Origin: an uncultured Acidobacteriota bacterium
GTDB taxonomy: Bacteria; Acidobacteriota; Vicinamibacteria; Vicinamibacterales; 2-12-FULL-66-21
Assembly (NCBI GenBank): GCA_963730995.1
Contig: CAVSUB010000004.1
Location: 459,020-523,019, forward strand
Reading direction: 5' to 3'
Length of the DNA: 64,000 nucleotides
This document shows positions 20,817 through 31,755 of this stretch, in pieces. Within the stretch, counting starts at the first letter, position 1; each line of letters starts with the position of its first letter. The notes beneath the pieces were generated by a model that worked only from the letters and a program-made list of their open reading frames with translations, made no database searches and was not told the origin of the DNA. The translations under genes and the position numbers were made by a program.

Positions 20817-20979
20817 CGGTATGAAGGTCATGTCGCCCGAGCGTCTGCGGGCCGCCGACTAGCAATCACACGGTGGATGGCTCGTCACAGTCCGTGTCTC
20901 AGGCACACGCCGCGGTGGCGGTGGTGAGGACCCTTCGCCGGCACGCCCAATGCGAGCAGCCGCGCGTGGAAGAGTCCAC

Positions 20980-21843
20980 TCAGAACATCGTGTTCCGGTT
21001 GGCTGATTCTTGCGGAATGCGTTGCAGCACATCCCAGTGCTCCACGATCTTGCCGTTCGCATCCAGCCGAAAAATGTCAATGCCAGCCCAGTCACCGTCG
21101 TTCGGCCAATGTTGATGACACTGCAGAACAACGAAATCACCGTCGGCGAGAACCCGCCGAAACTCGACATGCTTTCCCGGGTACTCGTGCGCCACACGCT
21201 GAAAATACTCGATGAATGCTCCCTTGCCATCCGCGACCGTTGGGTTGTGCTGGATGTAACTGTCTCCAACATACCGCCGAACGGCCTCGACCGGATCCGA
21301 CTGATTGAACATCACGTCATAGAAGGCGGTGACGGTGGCCTTGTTGGCCTCCAATTTCACTGTAGTTGTTCCTATGTCGGCAGGCTTGTCGCGCCTCGCA
21401 AGGTCTGCAGAATCGCCCGGTTCCGACTCCAACGACTGCCACGCCCATCTGCCGTAGAAACCGACAAACTCGGCGCCGTGCGAGTTCAGGATGTCCGCCG
21501 CCACGTCCCGCTTCTCACGCTCCTTCGCAAGGACCATGATCACGAACCGACCGGCTCGCACATCGCCGATGTGATGCCTCAGATGCTTGAATTCCTCAGC
21601 ACGCCCTGCCATGCGAATCAATGTCCGCTGGAACTGTGATAGGAAACCGTGCTCTGCGCCTGTCGGGTCCAGGCGATGCAGGTCTTCCTCTCCATGAAGG
21701 ATGTCAATATCGGCTGCCTGAAAACCGGCACTCAACAACCCCTCGATCGCCGCTCGGGCGTCCTTTGGATCGACAATCGTGCCAACGACCCGATGGGTCG
21801 GATAGGGGATGAAATCGCCTTGTTCATGCCCGCGGCTATCCAT
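20980..21843 (-). CDS. protein with a C-terminal SnoaL-like/NTF2-fold domain and an uncharacterised N-terminal domain
   Basis: 287-aa ORF. The C-terminal ~130 aa ([35 protein letters not shown]...[20 protein letters not shown]) fit the SnoaL-like pattern. Confidence 0.7.
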   Translation of the reverse strand: MDSRGHEQGDFIPYPTHRVVGTIVDPKDARAAIEGLLSAGFQAADIDILHGEEDLHRLDPTGAEHGFLSQFQRTLIRMAGRAEEFKHLRHHIGDVRAGRFVIMVLAKEREKRDVAADILNSHGAEFVGFYGRWAWQSLESEPGDSADLARRDKPADIGTTTVKLEANKATVTAFYDVMFNQSDPVEAVRRYVGDSYIQHNPTVADGKGAFIEYFQRVAHEYPGKHVEFRRVLADGDFVVLQCHQHWPNDGDWAGIDIFRLDANGKIVEHWDVLQRIPQESANRNTMF

Positions 21844-21921
21844 TCTGTTGCCCCCTGATAGAGGACCTCGGAGCCCCGTGATCGCACCATTGCGTCAGGC
21901 GTCTCCGATGCCGGTGCTCGC

Positions 21922-22389
21922 TCATTGCAGTCTCGTACGGATCTCCATTTTCGATGTGAGTGTCAGGTGCACTGGGCAGCGGTCCGCGATCGCCAACAGC
22001 CTCGCACGCTGGTCCTCGCCAAGTGTTCCATCGAGTTGAATGTCGCGTTCGATCACCGTGAGCTTCGCATCCTGAGTCTCGCAGGCGACACAATCCTCAG
22101 CGTGAACTCGCGAATGACGAAGGTACACGGTGACCCGCTCCAGCGGCCATCTCTTTCGCCGCGCATACATTGCAAGGGTCATGGAAGTACAGGACCCGAG
22201 TGCGGCCAACAACAGATCGTAAGGTGTAGGACCCCTGTCGGTTCCGCCAACCGCCGCAGGCTCGTCGGTGCGGAAATGGTGCGAACCCGCCAGAACCTCT
22301 TGCGCGAAACCATCGGCGGCCCCGCGCACGATAACGACACCTTGGTCTGCTTGCTCGTCGGTCATGGAACGGGTTCTTGCCGTGCTCAT
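21922..22389 (-). CDS. OsmC/Ohr-family peroxiredoxin-like protein
   Basis: 155-aa ORF with GGTDRGPTPYDLLLAALGSCTSMTLAMYARRK and a second conserved Cys context (IADRCPVH). Confidence 0.9.
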   Translation of the reverse strand: MSTARTRSMTDEQADQGVVIVRGAADGFAQEVLAGSHHFRTDEPAAVGGTDRGPTPYDLLLAALGSCTSMTLAMYARRKRWPLERVTVYLRHSRVHAEDCVACETQDAKLTVIERDIQLDGTLGEDQRARLLAIADRCPVHLTLTSKMEIRTRLQ

Positions 22390-22478
22390 GTCTGGTGCCT
22401 CCTCGGCAGGTTCTAGCGGGCTTATTCAAGCGTATCGCGAGGCCGGCGGCCAAGAACCCCTTTGGCCGGTCCGAAAGC

Positions 22479-23054
22479 TTAGGCGTTGCGCGGCAGCACC
22501 GTATAAACTCGCGCGATGAAGCTGTGGAACTCCGCCATGTAGTTTTGGAGGAACTCCCGTATCGGTTCGTTGTTGACCTCCCCGTCCTCGCTGATGAGGC
22601 CTCGCTCGAACTGGATGTACGCCTCGATCGAATTCATCTGCGGCGAATTGCAAAACGCCAGAATGCTGCGCAGGTGTTGTTGGGCGATCGCTGTTCCAAT
22701 CTTTCCTGGCGACGTTCCGATGAAGGCAGACGGTTTTCGTGTGAACGCGTTCTTGCCGTAAGGCCGACTCGCCCAATCGATAGCATTCTTCAGGCCGCCC
22801 GGAATCGAGCGGTTGTACTCGGGCGTGACGAACAGCACGGCATCGACCGCCGCTATGGCGTTCTTGAACTCGATCGCGACCGGGGGATAGTTCGCGTCGT
22901 AGTCGTAGCTGTAGAGTGGCAAATCCCTGAACGAGATCTCCGTCATGTGGAGTTCCGGCGGTGCGAGTCTCACGAGGGCCTGTGCGAGCAACCGGTTGAT
23001 GGATTTGGTCGCGAGACTGCCGATGAAGTAGCCGACCTTGTAACCTGCCATCAT
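22479..23054 (-). CDS. NAD(P)H-dependent FMN reductase (ChrR/FMN_red family)
   Basis: 191-aa ORF with GSLATKSINR, VLFVTPEYNRSIPGGLKNAIDWASRP and GTSPGKIGTA. Confidence 0.9.
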   Translation of the reverse strand: MMAGYKVGYFIGSLATKSINRLLAQALVRLAPPELHMTEISFRDLPLYSYDYDANYPPVAIEFKNAIAAVDAVLFVTPEYNRSIPGGLKNAIDWASRPYGKNAFTRKPSAFIGTSPGKIGTAIAQQHLRSILAFCNSPQMNSIEAYIQFERGLISEDGEVNNEPIREFLQNYMAEFHSFIARVYTVLPRNA

Positions 23055-23445
23055 TCCCTCCTGCTGTTGAAGCTATCAGCGTGGCTGAGCGGTCCGACGC
23101 TCATCAATATCTGGGGCACATGAGTCGCTCTGCGTTGATCAAGAACGCATCCGCGCGATCGCACCACGCACCGGCGCGGCTCTGCGGGCCACCGCCCAAC
23201 GCGCCTGGCGCGTGATCCGCCCCGAACACTGTTCCAAGTGGTACGCCCATGTTGGCTACTGCTGACAACTCAACTGATCTCTGGGGTTAAGCCACTGGGC
23301 CATGACAGTGACCGACGCGCCGGTTCAGTATTGCTCAGGAGCGTGTTGAGGACTGATCGCCGCGGTCGCAGCTCCAGTTATGGCGGCCGTGCGCGAGACT
23401 GCCAGACGACGGCTCAGTTGCGCCAAACCGAACGTGAGGTGCGAA

Positions 23446-23891
23446 ATGCACGAGATCATCACGACGATGGAAATCAACGCGCCGCCGCGAAGTGTACGGA
23501 AGGTGTTGGTGGATTTCCAGGCGCATCCGCAGTGGAACCCTTTCGTTCGCAGCATCGAAGATCGCCGCGGGAGGGTGAAACGGTGAAGGTATCTATTAAA
23601 CCGGTCGGCGGTAAGGACACGACATTTCGCCCGCGCGTCCTTCGTGCTGTGCCAGATCAGGAGCTGCGATGGCTGGGGCGCGTCGTGTTTCCGGGTATTT
23701 TCGATGGAGAGCATTTCTTTAAGATCGAGCCGCTGGAGGAGGGCCGCCGCACGAGGTTCATCCAGGTCGAAGGATTCACTGGTCTCCTGGTGCCACTGTT
23801 GCGCAAGAACCTCGATCGTGGCACACGGGAGGGATTCGAGGCCATGAACCAAGCGCTCAAGGCTCGGGTGGAGGAATCGTCACGAAGATAA
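23446..23891 (+). pseudogene. SRPBCC-fold protein, 1-nt frameshift
   Basis: MHEIITTMEINAPPRSVRKVLVDFQAHPQWNPFVRSIE stops at 23584-23586. The rest (EGETVKVSIKPVGGKDTTFRPRVLRAVPDQELRWLGRVVFPGIFDGEHFFKIEPL...) continues in the adjacent frame. The junction is near 23560. Confidence 0.75.
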
Positions 23892-23903
23892 GGAGCCAGC
23901 CAA

Positions 23904-26726
23904 GTGACCACCGCCGCGAGTGAACAGCTAGATGCGAGTATTGCGTACCGCCTGATCATCGGCGAACTCTTGGCGCGGCTCGCAACGGATGAGCGTCGCG
24001 GGCTGAGTGAAGCGGAAGCGCGATCACGACTCGCGCATCACGGGCGGAACGAGCTGACCGCCGAGAAACGAGTTCCCCCGTGGCGGCGTTTCCTCTCGCA
24101 GTTTCAGGATGTGCTTGTCATCCTGCTCCTCGTCGCAACGGGCGTTTCCGCGGCGCTGTGGGCTGTCGAGCGAGACGCTGCGCTGCCGTACGAGGCCATC
24201 GCGATCTTCGCGGTCGTCTTGCTGAACGCCACGATGGGCTTCCTGCAGGAGTCACGTGCGGAGGCCGCCGTGGTGGCGCTGCGTGCCATGTTCGCGGCCG
24301 ACGCATCAGTGATTCGCGGCGGTGAACGACACAGCGTCCCCGCCTCGGAACTGGTTCCCGGTGACGTCATCATCATCGAAGAAGGAGACACGATTCCAGC
24401 CGACGGCCGTTTGATTGAATCGGCTTCACTTCAGGTGTCAGAAGCAGCATTGACCGGCGAAAGCATGCCTGTCAGCAAGGACACTGCGTCGATCGCCGAC
24501 GAAGTTCCGCTCGGTGATCGTAACAACATGGTGTTCAGTGGGACGGCCGCCACCTACGGGCACGGGAAGGCAGTCGTCACCGCCACTGGAATGCGCAGCG
24601 AGATGGGGCGCATTGCCGGACTGCTCAAGGACACTCCAGACGAGTCGACGCCTCTCCAACGCGAGCTCGATCGCACCGGCAAGATCCTCGGACTCGTCGT
24701 CGTCGCGATCGCGGTGCTCATGATCGTCACCATTGTGGTGGTTGAGGACGTCCGCGGCCTCGCCGCTCTGTTCGACGTGCTCATCCTCGGGGTGGCGCTT
24801 GCGGTTGCCGCGGTGCCGGAGGGGCTCCCGGCAGTTGTGACTGCTGTCCTCTCGATTGGCGTCCAGCGCATGGCGCGGCGGAACGCGATCGTAAGGCATC
24901 TAGCAGCGGTCGAGACGCTGGGGTCGGCCACCGTCATCGCATCGGACAAGACAGGGACGCTCACCAAGAACGAGATGACCGTGCGGGTCGCAGTTACCGC
25001 CAGCGGACGCGTGAACTTCGAGGGATCTGGTTACGCGCCCTACGGCGCCGTCCAGGCGGAAGGAGGCGGCGCCATCACCGGTTCGCTCCGCGCCGAACTC
25101 GAACGCGCGCTGGCCGCCGCCGACCGCGCCAACAATGCTACCGTTCAAGAGGTTGACGGGCGGTGGACCGTCCAAGGTGACCCGACCGAGGCCTCACTTC
25201 TCGTCGCCGCGCGGAAAGCTGGATTGAGCTCAGACGCTCTCGACGCCCGACTTCCGCGGGTGGGTGAAGTGCCATTCTCGTCAGAGCGGAAGCTGATGAG
25301 CACGGTGCACCGGGATACCGAGCAGCAGGACCGCGGCATCGTGTTTACCAAGGGCGCGCCGGACGTGCTGTTGACGCGATGCACGCGCGAACTCGTCGGC
25401 GAAGATCGCCGGCCGCTCACCGACGAGCGGCGAGCACGCATCCTCGAGACCAACGAAGCCCTCGCGAGCCAGGCGTTGCGAACGCTGGGTGTCGCCGGCC
25501 GGTGGCTCACGGGCGAGACGCTTGCGGAACAGTCCGCGCACCCTGACGAACGTATCGAGCACGACCTCACGTTCGCGGGATTGATAGGCATCATCGATCC
25601 TCCTCGTCCCGAGGCAAGGGACGCGGTCGTACGCGCGAGGCATGCCGGTATTCGACCCATGATGATCACGGGAGACCATCCCCGAACAGCGGCTGTCATC
25701 GCGAAGGAACTCGGCATCAGCACCGACGGTCGCGCAATGACGGGTTCAGAGTTGGAGAGACTGACGGCGGATGCACTCGCCCGCACCGTCACGGAAGTCT
25801 CCGTGTACGCGCGGGTGAATCCCGAACACAAGCTGCGTATCGTCGATGCACTCCGCCGGTCGGGTGCGGTCGTGGCCATGACTGGCGATGGTGTCAACGA
25901 CGCGCCCGCCCTGAAGAAAGCCGACATCGGCGTGGCGATGGGGATCACCGGGACGGACGTCTCGAAGCAGGCGGCCGACATGGTGCTCGCCGATGACAAC
26001 TTTGCCTCGATCGTCGCGGCGGTAGAGGAAGGGCGCGCGATCTTTGCGAACATCCGCAAATTCCTGCGGTACCTCTTGTCGTCGAACATCGGTGAGGTCA
26101 TGACGATGTTCTTCGGGGTGTTGCTGGCCCGCCAGATCGGTCTCGATGTTGGCGGCGACGCAGTGGTCCTGCCGCTTCTCGCAACTCAAATTCTGTGGAT
26201 CAACCTGGTGACCGATGGCGCACCGGCACTGGCGCTCGGCGTCGATCCCGCTGACGACGGCCTCATGGATCAGCCTCCGCGACCGCCGGGGGAACGCGTG
26301 ATCACCGCGCGTATGTGGAGCGGCATCGTGTTCGTCGGGCCAATCATGGCCGCCGGCACACTGTTCGTGCTCGACGCCTCCCTCCCAGGCGGCTTCGTGG
26401 ATGGCAGCGGTGACTTACGCTACGCGCAGACGATGGCGTTTACCACGCTGATGTTGTTTCAGATGTTCAATGTGCTCAACGCGCGGTCCGACGTGCAAAG
26501 CGCGTTCGTTCATGCGTTCAGGAATGTCTGGTTGTGGGCGGCGATCGCCGGGTCCGTTGCCTTGCAGGTAGTAGTCGTTTACGTTCCCTTCCTCCAGAGC
26601 GCCTTCGGAACCGCAGCATTGAATGGCTCGGACTGGATTCTCTGTATCGCAGTTGCAAGCTCCGTGCTGTGGCTCAGAGAAGGCAGCAAGGCGGTCGTCC
26701 GGTTGAAGGCCAGAACGTCTGAGTGA
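23904..26726 (+). CDS. P-type cation-transporting ATPase (P2 Ca2+/cation type)
   Basis: 940-aa ORF with a GTG start. Motifs include DKTGTLT, TGES, MITGDHPRTA and MTGDGVNDAPALKKADIGVAMG. Hydrophobic segments lie at both ends. Confidence 0.95.
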   Translation: MTTAASEQLDASIAYRLIIGELLARLATDERRGLSEAEARSRLAHHGRNELTAEKRVPPWRRFLSQFQDVLVILLLVATGVSAALWAVERDAALPYEAIAIFAVVLLNATMGFLQESRAEAAVVALRAMFAADASVIRGGERHSVPASELVPGDVIIIEEGDTIPADGRLIESASLQVSEAALTGESMPVSKDTASIADEVPLGDRNNMVFSGTAATYGHGKAVVTATGMRSEMGRIAGLLKDTPDESTPLQRELDRTGKILGLVVVAIAVLMIVTIVVVEDVRGLAALFDVLILGVALAVAAVPEGLPAVVTAVLSIGVQRMARRNAIVRHLAAVETLGSATVIASDKTGTLTKNEMTVRVAVTASGRVNFEGSGYAPYGAVQAEGGGAITGSLRAELERALAAADRANNATVQEVDGRWTVQGDPTEASLLVAARKAGLSSDALDARLPRVGEVPFSSERKLMSTVHRDTEQQDRGIVFTKGAPDVLLTRCTRELVGEDRRPLTDERRARILETNEALASQALRTLGVAGRWLTGETLAEQSAHPDERIEHDLTFAGLIGIIDPPRPEARDAVVRARHAGIRPMMITGDHPRTAAVIAKELGISTDGRAMTGSELERLTADALARTVTEVSVYARVNPEHKLRIVDALRRSGAVVAMTGDGVNDAPALKKADIGVAMGITGTDVSKQAADMVLADDNFASIVAAVEEGRAIFANIRKFLRYLLSSNIGEVMTMFFGVLLARQIGLDVGGDAVVLPLLATQILWINLVTDGAPALALGVDPADDGLMDQPPRPPGERVITARMWSGIVFVGPIMAAGTLFVLDASLPGGFVDGSGDLRYAQTMAFTTLMLFQMFNVLNARSDVQSAFVHAFRNVWLWAAIAGSVALQVVVVYVPFLQSAFGTAALNGSDWILCIAVASSVLWLREGSKAVVRLKARTSE

Positions 26727-26742
26727 CGATTGCCCGCTGCGT

Positions 26743-27627
26743 CTACGGTTTCCGACGTTTGACATCGTCATCAGTTGGACGCTCACGCTCAATGGCTGAA
26801 TGATCGTCTGGATTGGGATCTGATGAAGGAGGATCGCTCGCCGGAAACGAGTCGGCGATCGTCTTGTCGAGCGCGGCTTCCCGAATCCGACGTTCTTCCT
26901 CTAGCGTGTGATCATGCCCCGTTTGTTGTGGTGCCATCGTTCGCTCCGCGGTCGTAACGGCATTGCGTGCACGTGGTTCCGTCAGCGCGCTCCTTGGACG
27001 TTCGGTGGCTGGCACTTCAGGCCAGTCCGAGCGCCACGCGTCAGGGGGAGCTGTCTCGATGTACTCGATCCTAACAGGCATCGTGCTGAGGCGTTGCAGC
27101 AGACGGCCCTCGGCGCGAATGGGCCACCAGTCGTACAGGAACACCTCCAGCGGACGCCACATCGCAACCCAGCCAACGATCAGGAACCCTTCGCGAATCA
27201 CTCCGCCGAGACGGCTCTCGCCGATGTAGGCGGCGACGCCGTCGCCAACCGCGATGGACGCGGTGAGAAATGCCAGTGCTATGACGAGACTGATCCGACC
27301 GCGGCGAAAGAGCGCCCGAAGTTTCCGCTTGGAACCGATGACGCGCTGACCGAAGTACTCGTGAATCGCCTCTCGCAGGGCTGCAGCTTCGTCGGCTCGC
27401 CCCGCCGGGCGGTCCAAATGCACCACCAGGGCCCAGGGCTTGTCGATCGGCAGATCTCTCGCCCAGTCGACGATGAATTCCTCGGCTCGCGGGTCGAGAT
27501 CGCGCTCACGGAACGGAGAAGGATCGATCGCGTTGAAGAGCTGTCGCAGCTCTGCAACGCGGATCTCAATAACCTGGCAGCGCTGAGGAAGAGCGTCCCC
27601 AGCGGACGACCGAGGCTGCGGCAGCAC
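26743..27627 (-). CDS. hypothetical membrane protein with a C-terminal SFPASDPP motif
   Basis: 294-aa ORF convergent with the ATPase gene. It has central TM segments (ISLVIALAFLTASIAV, FLIVGWVAMW). The motif is encoded at 26827-26850. Confidence 0.6.
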   Translation of the reverse strand: MLPQPRSSAGDALPQRCQVIEIRVAELRQLFNAIDPSPFRERDLDPRAEEFIVDWARDLPIDKPWALVVHLDRPAGRADEAAALREAIHEYFGQRVIGSKRKLRALFRRGRISLVIALAFLTASIAVGDGVAAYIGESRLGGVIREGFLIVGWVAMWRPLEVFLYDWWPIRAEGRLLQRLSTMPVRIEYIETAPPDAWRSDWPEVPATERPRSALTEPRARNAVTTAERTMAPQQTGHDHTLEEERRIREAALDKTIADSFPASDPPSSDPNPDDHSAIERERPTDDDVKRRKP

Positions 27628-27725
27628 CTGTCCTCCTAGGAAGAATGGTTCTCAGAGTTGACAATAGCCGGAATTCGCTTGGGAGACTCGCTGAGCTCAC
27701 GCAAGCGCTGCCAAGGCGGTGGACG

Positions 27726-28076
27726 ATGATGCTCGATTGGAACCAGTATCGCGAGCAATTTGCTGAAGGCGATTGACGATCTCGGGCGGCTCAGCAAGCG
27801 GACGTGCGGGGCTATTGGGGAGCTGAGTGAAGCCGGCACCAAGACCGCTCGGCTCGACGCGAAGAGGCGCGAACTGATTGCGCTCGCGGTTGGTGTCATA
27901 CGCCAATGCGACGGCTGCATCACGACACATGTCCTTCAGCCCGCAAGCACGGAGCGACGGCAGAAGAGCTCGCCGAAGCGTTGGGCGTGGAGATTGCGGC
28001 AACGGCTGGGGCAGCTCTGGTGTACTCGGCTCGTGTGTTGGACGCCTTTGCGGCAGAAGCAGAGCACGGGGAATGA
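27726..28076 (+). pseudogene. carboxymuconolactone decarboxylase/AhpD-like (CMD family) protein, two frameshifts
   Basis: MMLDWNQYREQ (frame a), then LLKAIDDLGRLSK...LDAKRRELIALAVGVIRQCDGCITTHV (frame b, CxxC), then ARKHGATAEELAEALGVEIAATAGAALVYSARVLDAFA (frame c). Confidence 0.75.
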
Positions 28077-28102
28077 GTGTCCGGCTGGCCCTTTCCCGTT
28101 GG

Positions 28103-28501
28103 ATGACGACTATGGCAACAAACGATCCTCTGGGCACTGTCCAACGGATGTTCGCGGCGTTCCGAGCCGGCGATCTCGATCGGATTCTCGAAACCGTTCA
28201 CTCTGATAGTCGCTGGACTTACGTAGGCGCTAACCCCAGGCCGACCAAAGCGGAACTTGTGGGCCACACGAGCGTCAGGCGCTTCTTCGAGGGCATTATC
28301 AATCGGCTCGAGATCACGACGTTCGATACCACCGAATTCGTTGTTCAGGGCGACACGGTCGTTGTCTTTGGTAGCGAGTCAGGCACTCTCCGGAGCACTG
28401 GAGCGTCGTTCCGCAACGAGTGGGTGCAGAAGTACGTCGTGCGCGAGAACCAGATAACGCAGATGGCCGAGTACAACATTCAGGTCGATCCTCGGAATTG
28501 A
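28103..28501 (+). CDS. SnoaL-like/ketosteroid-isomerase-fold protein
   Basis: ~132-aa ORF (TNDPLGTVQRMFAAFRAGDLDRILETVHSDSRWTYVG...FRNEWVQKYVVRENQITQMAEY). Confidence 0.75.
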   Translation: MTTMATNDPLGTVQRMFAAFRAGDLDRILETVHSDSRWTYVGANPRPTKAELVGHTSVRRFFEGIINRLEITTFDTTEFVVQGDTVVVFGSESGTLRSTGASFRNEWVQKYVVRENQITQMAEYNIQVDPRN

Positions 28502-28824
28502 GTGGGCGCCGCAGGCGCGCAGATCGTCACACCGACCGAGCCAATCCATGAGCGCTGACGACGCAGGTCGCTTCTCTCGTGGTCAATTCAAATTGGCGTT
28601 TGAGAGTTGATGCGCTCGGCCTTTCGGCGCGGTCCGAACGTTACAAGCGAGAAACACCTCGCGTGACGCTTAGCGGAGCACGTCCTCCGCGACAGATCCG
28701 AGCATCAGACGGATCGAGCGCCGATCTGAGCCCGGCGGCATAGCGTAGGGCCTTCGCTACGGTCGTGGAGAGATCGACGGCGCAGAGCAGGTGCCTGATC
28801 GTGACCTCGGTGACTTTTTTCGAG

Positions 28825-29172
28825 TCAGGACCGAGCGCCATCGTCACCAGCTGTGTCGCGTTGACGCTCGTCGACGATGCTACCCTTCCATAGCGGCGCG
28901 CCGGTGAGCGCCGCCGCCCGCGCGATGACATGGGCGCCGACGGCTGTGGTCAACAGCATGAAGGCCGCAATGCTTACGGCGCGGACCACAAAGGCAAACT
29001 CGGGATTTCGTATCGCCAGTCCGACCAGCAGGCACCCGAGACCCAGCGTCGATGCCTTGGTCGACGCCTGCATCCTGGTGAACACGTCCGGCATTCGGAG
29101 TACGCCTATGCTTGCCAGCAACGCCAACGTTGCACCGGCTATGAACAAGCCGCCTGACAGCCATTCCGTCAT
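28825..29172 (-). CDS. mrpG: Na+/H+ antiporter subunit G
   Basis: MTEWLSGGLFIAGATLALLASIGVLRMPDVFTRMQASTKASTLG. Last gene of the operon, with a 4-nt overlap with mrpF. Confidence 0.85.
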   Translation of the reverse strand: MTEWLSGGLFIAGATLALLASIGVLRMPDVFTRMQASTKASTLGLGCLLVGLAIRNPEFAFVVRAVSIAAFMLLTTAVGAHVIARAAALTGAPLWKGSIVDERQRDTAGDDGARS

Positions 29173-29447
29173 GATCGAATCCGCTCGATGTAACGTGAGT
29201 ACGCGACGGTTCCCACGAAACTGATCAACGCGACCACCATTGCTACGTCGAGAAAGGCCTGCTGCCCGGTCGCGGCGGCCGTGACAACAAGGATGCACAC
29301 CATCAGCACACCGATGAGGTCAATGGCGACGACTCGATCGGGCAGCGTTGGTCCCTTCAGCAGTCGAATGAACGTCAGACAAGCAGCCGCAGCGAGCATG
29401 GTCAACGCGACGACGGGCGAAGCGGTCAGTGCACCCATGGTCGACAC
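29169..29447 (-). CDS. mrpF: Na+/H+ antiporter subunit F
   Basis: 92-aa membrane ORF (FIRLLKGPTLPDRVVAIDLIG). Confidence 0.85.
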   Translation of the reverse strand: MSTMGALTASPVVALTMLAAAACLTFIRLLKGPTLPDRVVAIDLIGVLMVCILVVTAAATGQQAFLDVAMVVALISFVGTVAYSRYIERIRS

Positions 29448-29948
29448 TCAGCCAAGAACTCCGAGGACCCGACGTTCGAATCCGGTCTTGATATCATCCC
29501 GTGCCGCATCTGGCGTGGTCATGTACATGACGTGGACGTAGAGGAGCTTGCGATCAGGCGAGACATCGAGAGCGACGCTACCCGGCGTCGTATTGATCAA
29601 CATCGATAGCAGCAGAATTTCACTGTCCCGCGTGACATCGAGTGGTACGGCAATGATTCCAGGCTTCATGTGATACCGGGGTGTCGCCACGTCAAGGGCG
29701 AGCCGCAGGTTGGCGCGAACGAGTTCCCACAGAAAATACGTCAGCAGGCCGACCACCCGATGGACCCGTCCGATGTACGGCGACGTGTGCAGGACGCCGC
29801 CGCGGACGAGCGCAAGGAGGATCAAGTACCCGAGAACGTGCCCGGTCACTAACGTGGCCAGCGAAAAGTCTCCCTGAAGTGCAGCCCACGCCAACGCAAG
29901 GAGCATGTTACCGAGCAGCACGCTGACCCCCTTCTCCGAGCACCGCAC
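29448..29948 (-). CDS. mrpE: Na+/H+ antiporter subunit E (start uncertain)
   Basis: MrpE-like (LLALAWAALQGDFSLATLVTG...PGSVALDVSPDRKLLYVHVM). It overlaps the 3' end of mrpD. Confidence 0.8.
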   Translation of the reverse strand: MRCSEKGVSVLLGNMLLALAWAALQGDFSLATLVTGHVLGYLILLALVRGGVLHTSPYIGRVHRVVGLLTYFLWELVRANLRLALDVATPRYHMKPGIIAVPLDVTRDSEILLLSMLINTTPGSVALDVSPDRKLLYVHVMYMTTPDAARDDIKTGFERRVLGVLG

Positions 29949-31413
29949 GAACGTACCCGTCGCGGTCCAGGAGCTGCTGTGCCGCGCGGGTCGCCAGAGC
30001 GTACACGGGACCTGCGGCCACGGTGAAGGCGATCGTCAGACTCACCAGTAGCGCCACGGGCGCGACAATCGCCCCACCAAGACGCGGGTGGACCGGCTCG
30101 GAGGCATGATCGGTCGCTCGCTTCCAGAACGCTTCTTCCCAAACCCGCGCCATCGAGAGGACGGTCAGCAGACTCACCGTGAGTGCGATCCCCGCAAGCG
30201 CATACTGTCTCTGGCCAATCATGGGCCCCACCACGGCCAGCTTCGCCAGGAATCCAGACAGTGGCGGTATTCCCGCCAGAGAGAACAACGGGACCATCGC
30301 GAGGCACGCCACAAACGGCTGCGTCCGATAAAGGCCCCCCAGCACCCGCAGGTCTGTCGTGCGCCTCTGCCGCAAGAACAGCCCACTCACAAGGAAGAGC
30401 GTCGAGATCACGAGCATGTGGTGCAGTACGTAGAGGATGGAACCGCCCAGGGAAGCTGGCGTCCACAGCGCCAGACCGACGGTGGTGAAGCCGATATGAC
30501 CGACCAGATTGAAAGAGAGGACACGACGCAGATCGTGCTGGCCGAGGGCGCCAATCAGGCCAACGACCATCGTGACGCCCGACATCACCAACAGCGCCGT
30601 ATATACGCTGGCGGTCGGATCAGGGAACAACAACGTAAACACACGGATCATCGCGTAGACCCCCACCTTCGTGAGCAGGCCTGCAAGCAGCGCCCCAATG
30701 GCAGCCGGCGGCGTGTGATACGAAGCCGGAAGCCAGAAAAACAACGGGAACAAGCCGGCCTTGATGCCAAACGCTGTCAGAAACAGCATCGAGAGGGCGG
30801 CGTCGAGTCCTGGCGTACGTCGCCCCGGCCAAGCGCGGGCCAGATCTGCGAAGTTGAGAGTGCCCGCCTGTCCATACAACAGTCCGATGGCTGTCAGGAG
30901 GAAGGCTGACGCCAGCAGGTTGAGGCCAACATACGTAAATGCGGCATGAAGCTGAGCCCGCGTGCGGTGCAAGGACATGAGGACGAAGGAGCCGATCAGC
31001 ATGACCTCGAACCACACGTACAGGTTGAAGATGTCGCCAGTCAGAAAGGCCCCCGAGACCCCCATCAACAGCACGTGAATCAGGGCGTGGTAGCCGAGCG
31101 CTTCGCGCCGGGGATCGACACCCGAAAACGACGACCCCGTCACCGCCACGCCAATGATGCCGACCATCAGCACCATGAGGGCGCTGAATAGGTCGGCCAC
31201 GAGAGTGATGCCGTACGGCGCCGCCCACGACCCGATTTGCAGTACCTGAATGCCTTCGGAGCCGACGCGGCCGAGAATGGCCACAGCGACGCCGAGGATC
31301 AGCAGAGCGCCGACGAACGCAATCACTCGCAGCAGCTGGCGTCGCTGCGGCAGCAGGTGCAGCGCGATCGCCGTGCCGAGCGGCACGAGGATTGGAAGCG
31401 CCAGCAGCATCAC
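29908..31413 (-). CDS. mrpD: Na+/H+ antiporter subunit D (NuoM/N-like)
   Basis: 501-aa polytopic ORF with proton-pumping-subunit motifs (GIKAGLFPLFFWLPASYHTPPAAIGALLAGLLTKVGVY). Confidence 0.9.
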   Translation of the reverse strand: MMLLALPILVPLGTAIALHLLPQRRQLLRVIAFVGALLILGVAVAILGRVGSEGIQVLQIGSWAAPYGITLVADLFSALMVLMVGIIGVAVTGSSFSGVDPRREALGYHALIHVLLMGVSGAFLTGDIFNLYVWFEVMLIGSFVLMSLHRTRAQLHAAFTYVGLNLLASAFLLTAIGLLYGQAGTLNFADLARAWPGRRTPGLDAALSMLFLTAFGIKAGLFPLFFWLPASYHTPPAAIGALLAGLLTKVGVYAMIRVFTLLFPDPTASVYTALLVMSGVTMVVGLIGALGQHDLRRVLSFNLVGHIGFTTVGLALWTPASLGGSILYVLHHMLVISTLFLVSGLFLRQRRTTDLRVLGGLYRTQPFVACLAMVPLFSLAGIPPLSGFLAKLAVVGPMIGQRQYALAGIALTVSLLTVLSMARVWEEAFWKRATDHASEPVHPRLGGAIVAPVALLVSLTIAFTVAAGPVYALATRAAQQLLDRDGYVRAVLGEGGQRAAR

Positions 31414-31754
31414 GCCTGGTCCGGCCCAATCATGTCGATGTCGTCAGAACCGGCCGACCGATGCACACGATGAGCGAGTACGAGCGCAAATGCGAGCACT
31501 CCGAAGCCGATGACAATGGCTGTGAGGATCAGGGACTGCGGAACGGGATCTGCGAATTGATCCGCTGGCAGTGGAGGATCCTCGATGAGCGGCGGCTTAG
31601 CCCGTGTCACGCCCGCAGCCGCCAGGATGAGAATGTTGGAGCCGTTCGAAAGCAGACCGAGCCCGATGATCAGCTGGGCGAGGCGTCGCCGCAACATGAG
31701 GTACAGCCCGGTCGCATAAAGGACACCCGCGAGAATTGCGAGTAGGAGTTCCAT
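31410..31754 (-). CDS. mrpC: Na+/H+ antiporter subunit C (NuoK-like)
   Basis: 114-aa membrane ORF with a 4-nt overlap with mrpD. Confidence 0.85.
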   Translation of the reverse strand: MELLLAILAGVLYATGLYLMLRRRLAQLIIGLGLLSNGSNILILAAAGVTRAKPPLIEDPPLPADQFADPVPQSLILTAIVIGFGVLAFALVLAHRVHRSAGSDDIDMIGPDQA

Positions 31755-31755
31755 A

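Noticed and set aside
28641-28931. 96-aa minus-strand ORF downstream of, and overlapping, mrpG.
   Set aside because: It overlaps the well-supported mrpG reading frame and has no family signature or ribosome-binding site.
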